From assembly GCA_965197525.1 (NCBI GenBank), contig OZ240211.1:544001-608000 (forward strand): DNA of 64,000 nt. Direction: 5' to 3'. A program made the translations under genes and the position numbers. Below, in pieces: positions 30,154 through 39,856 of the stretch. Position 1 is the first letter of the stretch. Every line of letters begins with the position of its first letter. This DNA comes from Nitrosopumilus sp. (GTDB taxonomy: Archaea; Thermoproteota; Nitrososphaeria; Nitrososphaerales; Nitrosopumilaceae). The notes under the pieces are model-generated. The model was not told the origin of the DNA, ran no database searches, and saw nothing but the letters and a program-made list of their open reading frames with translations.

Positions 30154-30343
30154 ATTGAGTTAATTTCTTTTTTTTTTCAAGTGTACGTCTTCTTTCGTTT
30201 AAAATATCTATTTTTGGGTTTATTTTTAGAATCCAATCACTACCGTAATTAATTAATTCTCTATATTCGTATAGTCGTTTATCAATTGATTCAACATCCC
30301 ATAAATCATCTATGTTTAATAATTTTCTTAATTTTTCTGACAT
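30143..30343 (-). CDS. Small hypothetical protein
   Basis: 66-aa ORF only. Confidence 0.35.
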   Translation of the reverse strand: MSEKLRKLLNIDDLWDVESIDKRLYEYRELINYGSDWILKINPKIDILNERRRTLEKKKKLTQFNF

Positions 30344-30437
30344 AATATAAATAATATAATTTCTTATTTTAATGTTATTTGTTTATACACTGTTTCAAAC
30401 TCAGAATATTTCTATCTATTAAATTTAACAGTGTAAA

Positions 30438-31380
30438 CAGTTAGCTCAGAAGTAACTGGAATATCGGATGATTGTATGCAAGTATTATGAAGAAGCGCAA
30501 GAAGAAGAAGAAGAAGAGCGAGAGTGAGTCCTGTGTGGAAAAACCAGAAGAAAAATACATTGCGTTTGCTACAAACAGACTTGACATCGATGTCAAACGC
30601 TACGCCGAGAGATGTATGATAGAGACGGGTTTTAGAATGGTAGAAAACCAAAGGGTAAGAACGCGCAGCAGGAGTGTCACTGTCCGGACACTGTGTTTTA
30701 TGTATTCACTTGTCTTGTTCAACTCTTGGGTTCTTGCAAACGCCGAGCTGACCAACAATTAATCCGTATCAGGCGGCATCTATTCTAAAATCACGCAGAC
30801 TGACATGAAGATAATTATAATGATGCACACTCTTTTATGGAACGGTAGATATGAAGAACCACCGCCTGAGGCCTCTCTTGCAGGTTCCAAAGATGTCACT
30901 TGTTGTGACATCGCCACTACCATGTCATATATGCAATAACTCACTAGACTGTCTGCTGCAACTTGGGTTTTTTGTGTGGTCCAAGCTCCGTATTCCATAA
31001 TGACCTTTACAGTCTCAAATTCTCTTTCTCTAACTTTGCCATCTTGAATTCAAACACTACATTTGATTTCTGCTGTCGCTTTCTGATACACATCAACAGA
31101 CTCATGGAAATGTCTCCCTGCCTGCCATCCTCCATCTGCACGCCTTGAATTTTGATTTTATTGCATCGTCTAACAACTATGGAAATGTCTCCCTGCCTGC
31201 AATTCATATCTGCACGTTTTTTGCCGCCTGTGAGAATCGTATGTAGCACACTATACTGTTCTGACATTCAGATGGTGTATGATCGTATAGAATGATCTTC
31301 GTCTTAGTTTTAAACATGTGATCTGCCACAGATTCTCCATTTGACAGGTGTCCAGATTTCATCTACTTCTGAGCTAACTG
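30438..31380 (+). mobile_element. Internally deleted ISH3-family element (943 bp)
   Basis: Perfect 17-bp TIR CAGTTAGCTCAGAAGTA; transposase C-terminal remnant inside; no TSD. Confidence 0.85.
30472..30762 (+). pseudogene. ISH3 transposase C-terminal remnant
   Basis: YIAFATN..YAERCMIETGF..RVRTRSRS..FNSW parallels the 18574 transposase. Confidence 0.85.
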
Positions 31381-31428
31381 AGAACCCCATAAATCTTAAA
31401 TTAGATAAAATATTTTACATGTCAACGT

Positions 31429-32133
31429 ATGTCAAAAACAAGCAATATCATGAATAAAATGAACATTAAAGCAGAGATAGAATCCATATATCAAGAATTA
31501 CTGGAATTAAAGAAAGAACTAGCAGAACAAGAAACTATTGAAAAAGATGCAGTAGTAGAAAAATCAGTAAAGAAGAAAAAGGTAAAACATGCAAAAAAGA
31601 CAACTCAGAATTACTGGAATTAAAGAAAGAAAAGCAAAGTAAAAAAGACAACTGCCAAAGCAAAGCAGTCAAAGACCAAAAAAGCAGTAAGAGGAAAAAA
31701 GACAACTGCCAAAGCAAAGCAGTCAAAGACCAAAAAAGCAGTAAGAGGAAAAAAGACAACTGCCAAAGCAAAGCAGTCAAAGACCAAAAAAGCAGTAAGA
31801 GGAAAAAAGACAACTGCCAAAGCAAAGCAGTCAAAGACCAAAAAAGCAGTAAGAGGAAAAAAGACAACTGCCAAAGCAAAGCAGTCAAAGACCAAAAAAG
31901 CAGTAAGAGGAAAAAAGACAACTGCCAAAGCAAAGCAGTCAAAGACCAAAAAAGCAGTAAGAGGAAAAAAGACAACTGCCAAAGCAAAGCAGTCAAAGAC
32001 CAAAAAAGCAGTAAGAGGAAAAAAGACAACTGCCAAAGCAAAGCAGTCAAAGACCAAAAAAGCAGTAAGAGGAAAAAAGACAACTGCCAAAAAAGCAGCA
32101 CCAAAAAAGAAGACCAGATCAAAAAAGAGATAA
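31429..32133 (+). pseudogene. Lys-rich histone-H1-like repeat protein interrupted by an in-frame TAA (31621-31623)
   Basis: N-terminal coiled coil, then in the same frame (KKTTAKAKQSKTKKAVRG)x8 and KKAAPKKKTRSKKR*. Confidence 0.7.
31642..32091 (+). repeat. 54-bp perfect tandem repeat, 8 units plus a partial unit
   Basis: GACAACTGCC recurs every 54 bp from 31647 to 32079. Confidence 0.97.
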
Positions 32134-32193
32134 GCCTAAAATCTGATCCCAAATTATTTATGGAATCTATATTCATGTATAACGAACGCATCT

Positions 32194-33786
32194 ATGAACA
32201 GATTAGATCCAGTTTTATCCAAAGCATGTTATGAAATAACCCAAAATATCCTGACAATAAAAGAACCAAACAAGAGACAAGTAAAAGAAGAGATCAATAA
32301 AGTTTGCACAAAATACGCACTAGTTAGAATTCCAAAAAATTATGAAATTTTGTCTGTAGCAAAAAAAACAGATTTTGACAAACTAAAAAAGGTGTTAATA
32401 CGAAAACCAGCAAAGACGGCATCAGGAGTTGCAGTAATAGCATTAATGCCAAAGCCGTATGCATGCCCGCATGGTCGCTGTACCTATTGTCCGGGAGGAA
32501 TAGAGTTTAACTCACCTAATAGCTACACTGGAAAAGAACCATCATCATTAAATGCCATCGAGAATGCGTTTGATCCTAGATTACAGATCACATCAAAACT
32601 TGAAAAACTGATTGCGTTTGGGCATGACCCAACCAAGATGGAGATTGTCATAGTTGGAGGAACGTTTCTGTTTATGCCAAAAGACTATCAAAGAAATTTC
32701 ATAAAATCATGTTATGATGCACTCAACGGAACAATCTCGACAAGCTTAGAGGAGGCAAAATCCAACAACGAACATGCAACAATAAGAAACGTAGGATTCA
32801 CGATAGAAACAAAACCTGATTATGCAAAAAAAGAACATGTGGATCTAATGCTAAACTACGGAGTCACCAGAGTAGAGATAGGAGTTCAGTCATTACAAGA
32901 GCGAGTATACAAGATAGTCAACAGAGGCCACACATACAAGGACGTCACAGAATCGTTTCAGATATCAAAGGATGCAGGATACAAAATTGTAGCACATATG
33001 ATGCCGGGACTGCCCACAGTTACACCAGATGAAGACATTGCAGATTTTAGGAAATTATTTACAGATTCGCAACTATGTCCTGACATGCTAAAGATTTATC
33101 CATCGCTAGTAATTGAGAATACACCGCTGTACAAAGAGTACAAAGAAGGCAGATACGCACCATACTCGGATAAAGACATGATTAATGTGCTAACAGAGGC
33201 AAAGAAGAATATTCCAAAATGGGTAAGAATTATGAGAGTGCAAAGAGAGATATCGCCACAAGAGATAGTTGCAGGACCAAAGTCAGGAAATCTACGACAA
33301 ATTGTACAGCAGAATCTAACTAAACAGAATTTATCATGCAGATGTATCAGGTGCAGAGAGGCAGGATTATCAAACAAGATAACAAAAAACAGCAACGACA
33401 TAAGACTGGACAGAATTGATTACAGATCATCTGGAGGTGACGAGGTGTTTCTATCATTTGAAGACAAAAACGAGTCAATTTACGGATTTCTACGACTGCG
33501 AAGACCAAGTATTGATGCCCATAGAGACGAAATTAAACAAGAGAACACATCTATTGTAAGGGAGATTCACGTATATGGACAGTCATTGAAGATAGGTGAG
33601 AAAAGAGACGACCAGATACAGCATTCAGGATTAGGAAGAAGGTTGATGGAGCAAGCAGAGACAATCTCAAGAGAGGAGTGGGATGCAAAAAAGATTCTAG
33701 TTATCAGCGCAATGGGCACAAGAGAATACTATCAAAAGCTAGGGTATTCGTTATATGGGCCATACATGGGAAAAATACTGAATTAG
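32194..33786 (+). CDS. elp3: Elp3 tRNA U34 acetyltransferase (radical SAM + GNAT)
   Basis: CPHGRCTYCPGG, ETKPD, LKIYP, QHSGLGRRLM. Confidence 0.96.
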   Translation: MNRLDPVLSKACYEITQNILTIKEPNKRQVKEEINKVCTKYALVRIPKNYEILSVAKKTDFDKLKKVLIRKPAKTASGVAVIALMPKPYACPHGRCTYCPGGIEFNSPNSYTGKEPSSLNAIENAFDPRLQITSKLEKLIAFGHDPTKMEIVIVGGTFLFMPKDYQRNFIKSCYDALNGTISTSLEEAKSNNEHATIRNVGFTIETKPDYAKKEHVDLMLNYGVTRVEIGVQSLQERVYKIVNRGHTYKDVTESFQISKDAGYKIVAHMMPGLPTVTPDEDIADFRKLFTDSQLCPDMLKIYPSLVIENTPLYKEYKEGRYAPYSDKDMINVLTEAKKNIPKWVRIMRVQREISPQEIVAGPKSGNLRQIVQQNLTKQNLSCRCIRCREAGLSNKITKNSNDIRLDRIDYRSSGGDEVFLSFEDKNESIYGFLRLRRPSIDAHRDEIKQENTSIVREIHVYGQSLKIGEKRDDQIQHSGLGRRLMEQAETISREEWDAKKILVISAMGTREYYQKLGYSLYGPYMGKILN

Positions 33787-33794
33787 TGAAAAAG

Positions 33795-35384
33795 ATGCCA
33801 GAGCAAAAAATCATCGGCAAGGGAACATGGATAGATAAACTAGCTTTTGAATTATTAGAGCGGGAGAAGAGACTAGGCAGAAAGACCGATATTCTAAAGG
33901 TGGAGAGCGGATTAGGTGCGTCAGGAATTCCACATATAGGAAGTTTAGGCGATGCAGTAAGAGCATACGGGGTAAAACTAGCATTAGAGAATTTAGGCTA
34001 CAAATCAGAACTGATTGCGTACTCAGACGACCTAGACGGATTAAGAAAGGTTCCAGAAGGGCTGCCTGATTCGCTTAACGAGCATATTGCAAAACCAGTG
34101 TCACTGATTCCTGACCCATACGGATGTCACGATTCGTACGGTATGCATATGAGCAGCATTCTTTTAGACGGGCTAGACAGGATCGGAATAAAATACAAGT
34201 TTAAAAGAGCAATTGATACGTACAGGCAGGGACTTTTACAGGAACAAATTCACATCATACTTCAAAACAGTGCAGAGATTGGAGACCAGATCTCAGAGAT
34301 GGTAGGACAAGAAAAATATCAAAAATACCTACCCTACTTTCCAGTTTGTACAAATTGTAATCGCCTATACACAGCAGAAGCAATAGAGTACATACCAGAT
34401 GAAAAGAAAATAAGGTACAACTGTCATGATACAACGATTGGCTCGAATATCATCAAAGGATGTAACCATCAAGGAGAGGCAGATATTACAAAAGATCTCG
34501 GAAAATTAGCATGGAAGGTAGAATTTGCAGCAAGATGGGCAGCATTTCAAATAAGGTTTGAAGCCTATGGAAAAGATATCATGGATTCAGTCAAAGTAAA
34601 CGACTGGGTTTCAGAGAATATTCTAAAAACTCCGTCCCCACATCACGTAAAATATGAGATGTTTTTAGACAAGGGCGGAAAAAAGATCTCAAAATCTCTA
34701 GGAAATGTAATTACTGCACAAAAATGGTTGGAATTTGGCACGCCTGAATCGATTCTGTTGTTATTGTACAAGAGAATTACAGGTGCAAGAGAGTTAGGAT
34801 TCGAGGACATTCCATCATTAATGAATGAATACAATGAATTAGAGGACATTTACTTTGGACGAATCAAGATAGATAATCAAGCAAAGTTGATAAAAGCAAA
34901 AGGGCTTTACGAATATGTAAATTTACTGAACCCTCCAAAACAAGCCAGTACACATATTAATTATAGATTGATAGTAGAACTTGCAAAAATTTTCAAAGAA
35001 GACAGAGTACAAAGAATAACTAAAAAGCTATTAGACTATAATGTGATTAAAAATCCGGAACCAAAAGTAAAAGACACGATTGAACTTGCAGGTAATTTTT
35101 CAGACGAGTTTGACTTGAAAGAAGAGATACAGATACAGATTGACGATTCAACAAAAAAGGCATTACATCTACTAGTAGAGGCGTTAAGGAAACAAGACAT
35201 GTCTGAAGATGTACAAAATACAATATATCAGATTGCAAAATCAAATGATATACAACCAAAAGATTTCTTTAAAATATTATACCAGATAATACTAGGAACG
35301 TCAAGAGGTCCGAAGATAGGACCGTTTATCACAGATATTGGGCTAGAACAAACAGCAAATATACTCTCAAAACATATAACATAG
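33795..35384 (+). CDS. lysS: Lysine--tRNA ligase, class I
   Basis: SGIPHIGS, GKLAWKVEFAARW, KISKSLGN; ATG at 33795 preferred to the overlapping upstream start. Confidence 0.96.
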   Translation: MPEQKIIGKGTWIDKLAFELLEREKRLGRKTDILKVESGLGASGIPHIGSLGDAVRAYGVKLALENLGYKSELIAYSDDLDGLRKVPEGLPDSLNEHIAKPVSLIPDPYGCHDSYGMHMSSILLDGLDRIGIKYKFKRAIDTYRQGLLQEQIHIILQNSAEIGDQISEMVGQEKYQKYLPYFPVCTNCNRLYTAEAIEYIPDEKKIRYNCHDTTIGSNIIKGCNHQGEADITKDLGKLAWKVEFAARWAAFQIRFEAYGKDIMDSVKVNDWVSENILKTPSPHHVKYEMFLDKGGKKISKSLGNVITAQKWLEFGTPESILLLLYKRITGARELGFEDIPSLMNEYNELEDIYFGRIKIDNQAKLIKAKGLYEYVNLLNPPKQASTHINYRLIVELAKIFKEDRVQRITKKLLDYNVIKNPEPKVKDTIELAGNFSDEFDLKEEIQIQIDDSTKKALHLLVEALRKQDMSEDVQNTIYQIAKSNDIQPKDFFKILYQIILGTSRGPKIGPFITDIGLEQTANILSKHIT

Positions 35385-35388
35385 TATT

Positions 35389-35583
35389 ATGGTTCACGGC
35401 GATCATAACAGATCAAGAAATAATGGAGGATTTGCCCTCATCATACTAGGCGCATTGCTACTATTTTTGGCGCCAAATATCTACGGAGATATGCGTGAGC
35501 TAGGCACGATTGCGCTAATTGGAGGAATAATCATCGGAATCATAGGATTTTACTTGAAGTTCTTCAAATGGCGCAGAAAATAA
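35389..35583 (+). CDS. Small two-TM membrane protein
   Basis: Two hydrophobic segments; co-oriented with lysS. Confidence 0.65.
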   Translation: MVHGDHNRSRNNGGFALIILGALLLFLAPNIYGDMRELGTIALIGGIIIGIIGFYLKFFKWRRK

Positions 35584-35625
35584 AGATAGAGAAAGGTTAT
35601 CTTTAAAGAAATAGAGAGAAAGGAT

Positions 35626-36633
35626 ATGAGATTTTTTAAAAGAGATAGATCAGATGAGACGGTATCAAAAAATAAACAAGGTAACAAAAAAGATTACAAA
35701 ACAATAGAAGAGCAAAATAGGGAAGAAAGAGAGAATCAACAGCAAGAGATAGAGATACAAAAAAGACAACAAGAGATGGAAGAAATCAGTAATAAATTGC
35801 AGATAATAAAAGACGAGTACAATACGACAGTCAGCAATTTGATGCTGGTAAAAAAAGAGCTTAATCAAAAAAAGATCGAGTTGGAAATTGCCCAAAAAGA
35901 ATACAAGGAAACCAGAGAGAAGAACAAGAGAGAAGAGATAGAGAAGGGTTTAAAATTAAATGAACAATTTTACAAAACAGAAGAAGAATGTACAAAGATT
36001 AAAGATGAGCTAGAAGAGATCACAAATAGATACAATGAGGCCGTAAAAAAGAATCAACAAGCTGCAGAGAATTATAATAGAATTTCAAAAGGATATGAAG
36101 AGGTTATACTAAAAAATGAAAAAAGTACAAAAGAGTATAACGAGGCAGTTAAAAAACATGACCAAATCGTAAAAGAATACGACAAAGACGAGAAGAGATA
36201 CAAGGAGATAAAAGAACAGATCAAGCAAGAAGTAGAGAGATTAGCAAGAATAAAACAGCAGCAAGATCAAATCAAAGCAGAACAGAGTAAAATAGATTCC
36301 AAACTACAAATTACGCAAAAAGAGATGGTAGAAACAAAAGATGTTATTGAGAATGAGGCGAAAAAAGAGGATAGCAAGAAGGATAAAAGCAAGGATGCAG
36401 AAACAGCAACAATAGAAAAACCAAAAAAAGACAATGTGTTGGAGAATCAACAGAGCTCTGCAGGAGTGATAAAAGCGGCAAGCATAGTGGTAAAATCACT
36501 AAAGGTAAAACTGGGTGTAGCACAAAAAGAGCTAGAGACGCTTCAGATAATATTAAAGAAAGAGAGAGAAGCTCACGAGAAGACAAAAGCAGAGTTGAAG
36601 AGATTAATTAACAAAAAGACGGATAAATCATAA
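35626..36633 (+). CDS. Long coiled-coil protein
   Basis: E/K/Q-rich heptads throughout. Confidence 0.75.
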   Translation: MRFFKRDRSDETVSKNKQGNKKDYKTIEEQNREERENQQQEIEIQKRQQEMEEISNKLQIIKDEYNTTVSNLMLVKKELNQKKIELEIAQKEYKETREKNKREEIEKGLKLNEQFYKTEEECTKIKDELEEITNRYNEAVKKNQQAAENYNRISKGYEEVILKNEKSTKEYNEAVKKHDQIVKEYDKDEKRYKEIKEQIKQEVERLARIKQQQDQIKAEQSKIDSKLQITQKEMVETKDVIENEAKKEDSKKDKSKDAETATIEKPKKDNVLENQQSSAGVIKAASIVVKSLKVKLGVAQKELETLQIILKKEREAHEKTKAELKRLINKKTDKS

Positions 36634-37089
36634 ATTTGTAAAATGCGTTCTCCACCTCAGCCTCATTTCATCCTCTGAGATGCCCATATCATATAGTGGA
36701 GAGGTGACAGAAGATACGCGTGAGACATCAACTAGAACGATGGAACTGATGGGGCTTTTAATTCCATGTGTTCTATAGTAGCGCAAGATGTCAGAGTATG
36801 TAGGAGTGTCACTATCAAGGATTGTGGCGGTTCCTTCAAATAGATAGCCTTTACGAAGGATAGGGTCAATGACGTTTATCTCTACATGGGGATTATCTTG
36901 CAGATTCTGCACGGTGTCAGGGGAGCGAATGTTTGCGAATGCCAAGAAATTAGATGTCCAACCAATTATAGTGCCCTTGGGTGAGATATTGGGCCTGCCA
37001 TCAGGCGTAACTGTTGCCACATAACCTAGCTTCTGCGAATTGATAAAATTCTTAATTTCAATGGTTATCATGATATAATGATTTAACAC
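36628..37089 (-). CDS. Pyridoxamine 5'-phosphate oxidase-like FMN-binding protein
   Basis: YVATVTPDGRPNISPKG..TVQNLQDNP. Confidence 0.88.
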   Translation of the reverse strand: MLNHYIMITIEIKNFINSQKLGYVATVTPDGRPNISPKGTIIGWTSNFLAFANIRSPDTVQNLQDNPHVEINVIDPILRKGYLFEGTATILDSDTPTYSDILRYYRTHGIKSPISSIVLVDVSRVSSVTSPLYDMGISEDEMRLRWRTHFTNL

Positions 37090-37232
37090 CGAATTTATCT
37101 AGTTGTTATTGCTACTTTTTCATGTTGTTTTATTAGTTTAAGGGGAATTTTTGGACTGGATTTCATACTGGATGTATGTAAAATCATGTACCTTATTACT
37201 CTTGCGTAGATTTTGGTGCACAAAACGGGTCG

Positions 37233-37448
37233 TTATTTTTCATTAATAGTTATTTCAGATTCATTTTGAGTCATTTGACTCAATAATTTTATGCAAGCCA
37301 AGATTTCATCAGCTGTAATATTGATCGCTTCTTCCGTATTGAATCTGCTGCAACCGATACGAATAGATGAATGAGCCTGCTCTTCTTTTAAGATCATGGC
37401 CAATAGTACGTGTGAGGGTTTGACTGCTTGTGTAGTGCATGTGGCACT
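37233..37448 (-). pseudogene. Cysteine desulfurase (IscS/NifS/DndA family) C-terminal fragment
   Basis: Manual translation SATCTTQAVKPSHVLLAMILKEEQAHSSIRIGCSRFNTEE; in-frame stop just upstream, no start codon. Confidence 0.8.
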
Positions 37449-37512
37449 GCGTTATAAAGGATAACTGTCATAAAATACAAAAATGTTATTCCATTAAATA
37501 AAAAAATAGATT

Positions 37513-38592
37513 TTATTTTCCAGAACGATTACACGCCAAACAAAGCATTTGACAGTTATCCTGTTCTGTTTTTCCACCTTTACTCCAGGGTATGATATGA
37601 TCACCTTCCATTTTTGAAAACTCAAATTCTTCTTTACACATGGTACACACACCGTTTTGTGTCTCATATGCTAGTCGTTTTTCTTCATCTGAAAATGTAC
37701 GCAGTGAAAGATGTTTTTCATCACGTGTCAACAAATATGTATAAATTCCTTTATTTTTGTGTACTTCTGGATCTTTGACTAGTTTTTGTGTCTCTTCTTC
37801 TATTTTATTAGTATCAAACAACGTATCTTTGTATTTGTCATATAGTGGACCCCATTCAATGCCATTCATCATTTTCTCTCTCTTTACAGTAAATGTGCTT
37901 TCAACCCAATTAATCACTCCTTGAAAATAATTCCATAATTCGTTGGCATTTTGGTCATGTTGGTGCTTACCCATATAGTCTTCTATGTTATTTTTTGATT
38001 TCCATTTTATAGCTGTTTCCAAATAATCTTGTTGGATAGGCACGCCTTTCATATAATCACTAGCCAAATTATAGGCAGCACAACCGTTTTTGCTAAAATG
38101 TAGTTTTGCATCAGTAACCCATGCTCCAGAGTAAACAGCATTTCTAAGTTCTTGTGGTTTTAGTTCTACGCCTGCAATATTTATTATCTTAAACCATTCT
38201 AACTTTTCACTATCGTCTCCTTCACATTGATAAACAGTAAATTCATAATCAAGAATCTTGTCTTGTTCATCTTTTTTTAAGTTATCAAAATATTTTTTAT
38301 TAAATGAGAATACACCATTAACATATTGACATATTGATATTGTTCTTTGTTGCCCGTCAATAATCTCAAATTTTCCATCATCTTGAACAAACCAATACAT
38401 GACATTAAGTGGAAAGTTTTTGGTAACTGTGTCTATTACTAGGTCGCGTTGTTTTTCTTTGTAAACAAACTCTCTTTGGTACGGTGGTCTAATGTCTAGT
38501 TTTCCATCAAATCCAAAAACACCATCGTTTCCTTTATCCTCATAATTTTCTGACAGTTCTCTAATGGTTATTTCTTTTAGGTCTATTTTCAT
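37513..38592 (-). CDS. DUF262 (GmrSD-like) plus HNH endonuclease
   Basis: RPPYQREFVY, IIDGQQR, FKIINIAG; CTMC..EGDHIIPWSKGG..NCQMLCLACN. Confidence 0.9.
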   Translation of the reverse strand: MKIDLKEITIRELSENYEDKGNDGVFGFDGKLDIRPPYQREFVYKEKQRDLVIDTVTKNFPLNVMYWFVQDDGKFEIIDGQQRTISICQYVNGVFSFNKKYFDNLKKDEQDKILDYEFTVYQCEGDDSEKLEWFKIINIAGVELKPQELRNAVYSGAWVTDAKLHFSKNGCAAYNLASDYMKGVPIQQDYLETAIKWKSKNNIEDYMGKHQHDQNANELWNYFQGVINWVESTFTVKREKMMNGIEWGPLYDKYKDTLFDTNKIEEETQKLVKDPEVHKNKGIYTYLLTRDEKHLSLRTFSDEEKRLAYETQNGVCTMCKEEFEFSKMEGDHIIPWSKGGKTEQDNCQMLCLACNRSGK

Positions 38593-39560
38593 TTTTTGAA
38601 CCTCTTGTGTTTAATCATAATTCTCATGTAGACATCTTTTCCACTAACAGCAAGATCTTCACAATGATCATATCCATGTTTAAAATAACGACTTAGACCT
38701 AAAATTTCAAACTGGTCAGGGTTGTATTGATTCATAAAAGTTATTGGTACACCCATAACACCATCATAATCCATAGGTATCTCTTTTGTTTTATTTACAT
38801 TAATAGCATCATAATTATCATATTTTGGGTATTCAGATTCACTGTATTTTTTGTATAAAATAATATCTTCATGTCGTTTGTCATAATCTAAATTAGTGAA
38901 CCATACTGCACCAATAGAAACTAAATCTATTTTATTGTCAATTTTACCATTAATGTTCACTTGAGTTTTTTTCATAAAACTCATTCCACCTTTACTAGTA
39001 TATCCAAGCCAAATTTTATTGTCTTTAATTAATGGAAATATTTCTTTATATGATATTGCATTTTTATTTCCAATAATTAAAAATTTTTTGTGGCATTCTA
39101 TTAATTGTGCAACATATTCTCTAAATAGAGAAAATGGTGGATTAGTAACTACAATATCAGCTTGTTTTAACAAATCAACGCATTCTTTAGAACGAAAATC
39201 TCCATCTTCTTTTAATGGTATAACATCAATTTCATTAATATCAGGCACACGATTATCGTTTTTATCTCCATTATATTCTAAATAAATAGCACGTTTAGAA
39301 TCATGTTTACTAAACAATGACATTTGTTGATTTTTGTAACAAGTCGCAATTATTTTTTTCAATTTTAGAGTTTCAAATTGATGTGAAAAATAGTGAAAAA
39401 AATTTGATACAGTAGGATCATCACAATTACAATAAACTATTTTATTTTCAAAATGTTTTCTATAATGGTATAATTCGTTTTCAATATCTGTTAGTTGAGT
39501 ATAAAATTCATCATTTTTCTTAGCTTTTGCAATATGAAATGAAGTATTGTCTAATGTCAA
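38589..39560 (-). CDS. Adenine-specific DNA methyltransferase, EcoRI family
   Basis: KNDEFYT, VYCNCDDP, GDFRS, VVTNPPFSLFREY, GVMGVPIT. Confidence 0.92.
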   Translation of the reverse strand: MTLDNTSFHIAKAKKNDEFYTQLTDIENELYHYRKHFENKIVYCNCDDPTVSNFFHYFSHQFETLKLKKIIATCYKNQQMSLFSKHDSKRAIYLEYNGDKNDNRVPDINEIDVIPLKEDGDFRSKECVDLLKQADIVVTNPPFSLFREYVAQLIECHKKFLIIGNKNAISYKEIFPLIKDNKIWLGYTSKGGMSFMKKTQVNINGKIDNKIDLVSIGAVWFTNLDYDKRHEDIILYKKYSESEYPKYDNYDAINVNKTKEIPMDYDGVMGVPITFMNQYNPDQFEILGLSRYFKHGYDHCEDLAVSGKDVYMRIMIKHKRFKK

Positions 39561-39856
39561 TACTCACGGTGTTCAATTTGTTTAAAAGCCCGATTTTTTG
39601 TACAAAAGTTGTAATAATTCAGAAATTCTGCAAGTTCTTTGCGGAACTATTTAGCATAACAATTCCTTGTTATCTTTTTTGATCGAATTAGTATTTGAGA
39701 AAATTAGTGTTGTTTTTTAATTCTTAGGTTCTGTTAACTTACCGTCACCTGATTAATCGTGTTAAGTGTCGTCACCTGAGATCTGGTTCGAAAGAGGAGG
39801 ATAAAATATGATGGAAACGCAGATTAACTCTATATCTAGATCATACTTCATAAGAA

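Noticed and set aside
31535-32191. 218-aa and 156-aa hydrophobic ORFs on the minus strand
   Set aside because: Antisense shadows of the A-rich 54-bp repeat; the + strand frame has a natural start region and a coherent C-terminus
33678-33794. Extended lysS N-terminus
   Set aside because: Overlaps the elp3 3' end by over 100 bp; MPEQKIIGKGTW at 33795 fits the family start
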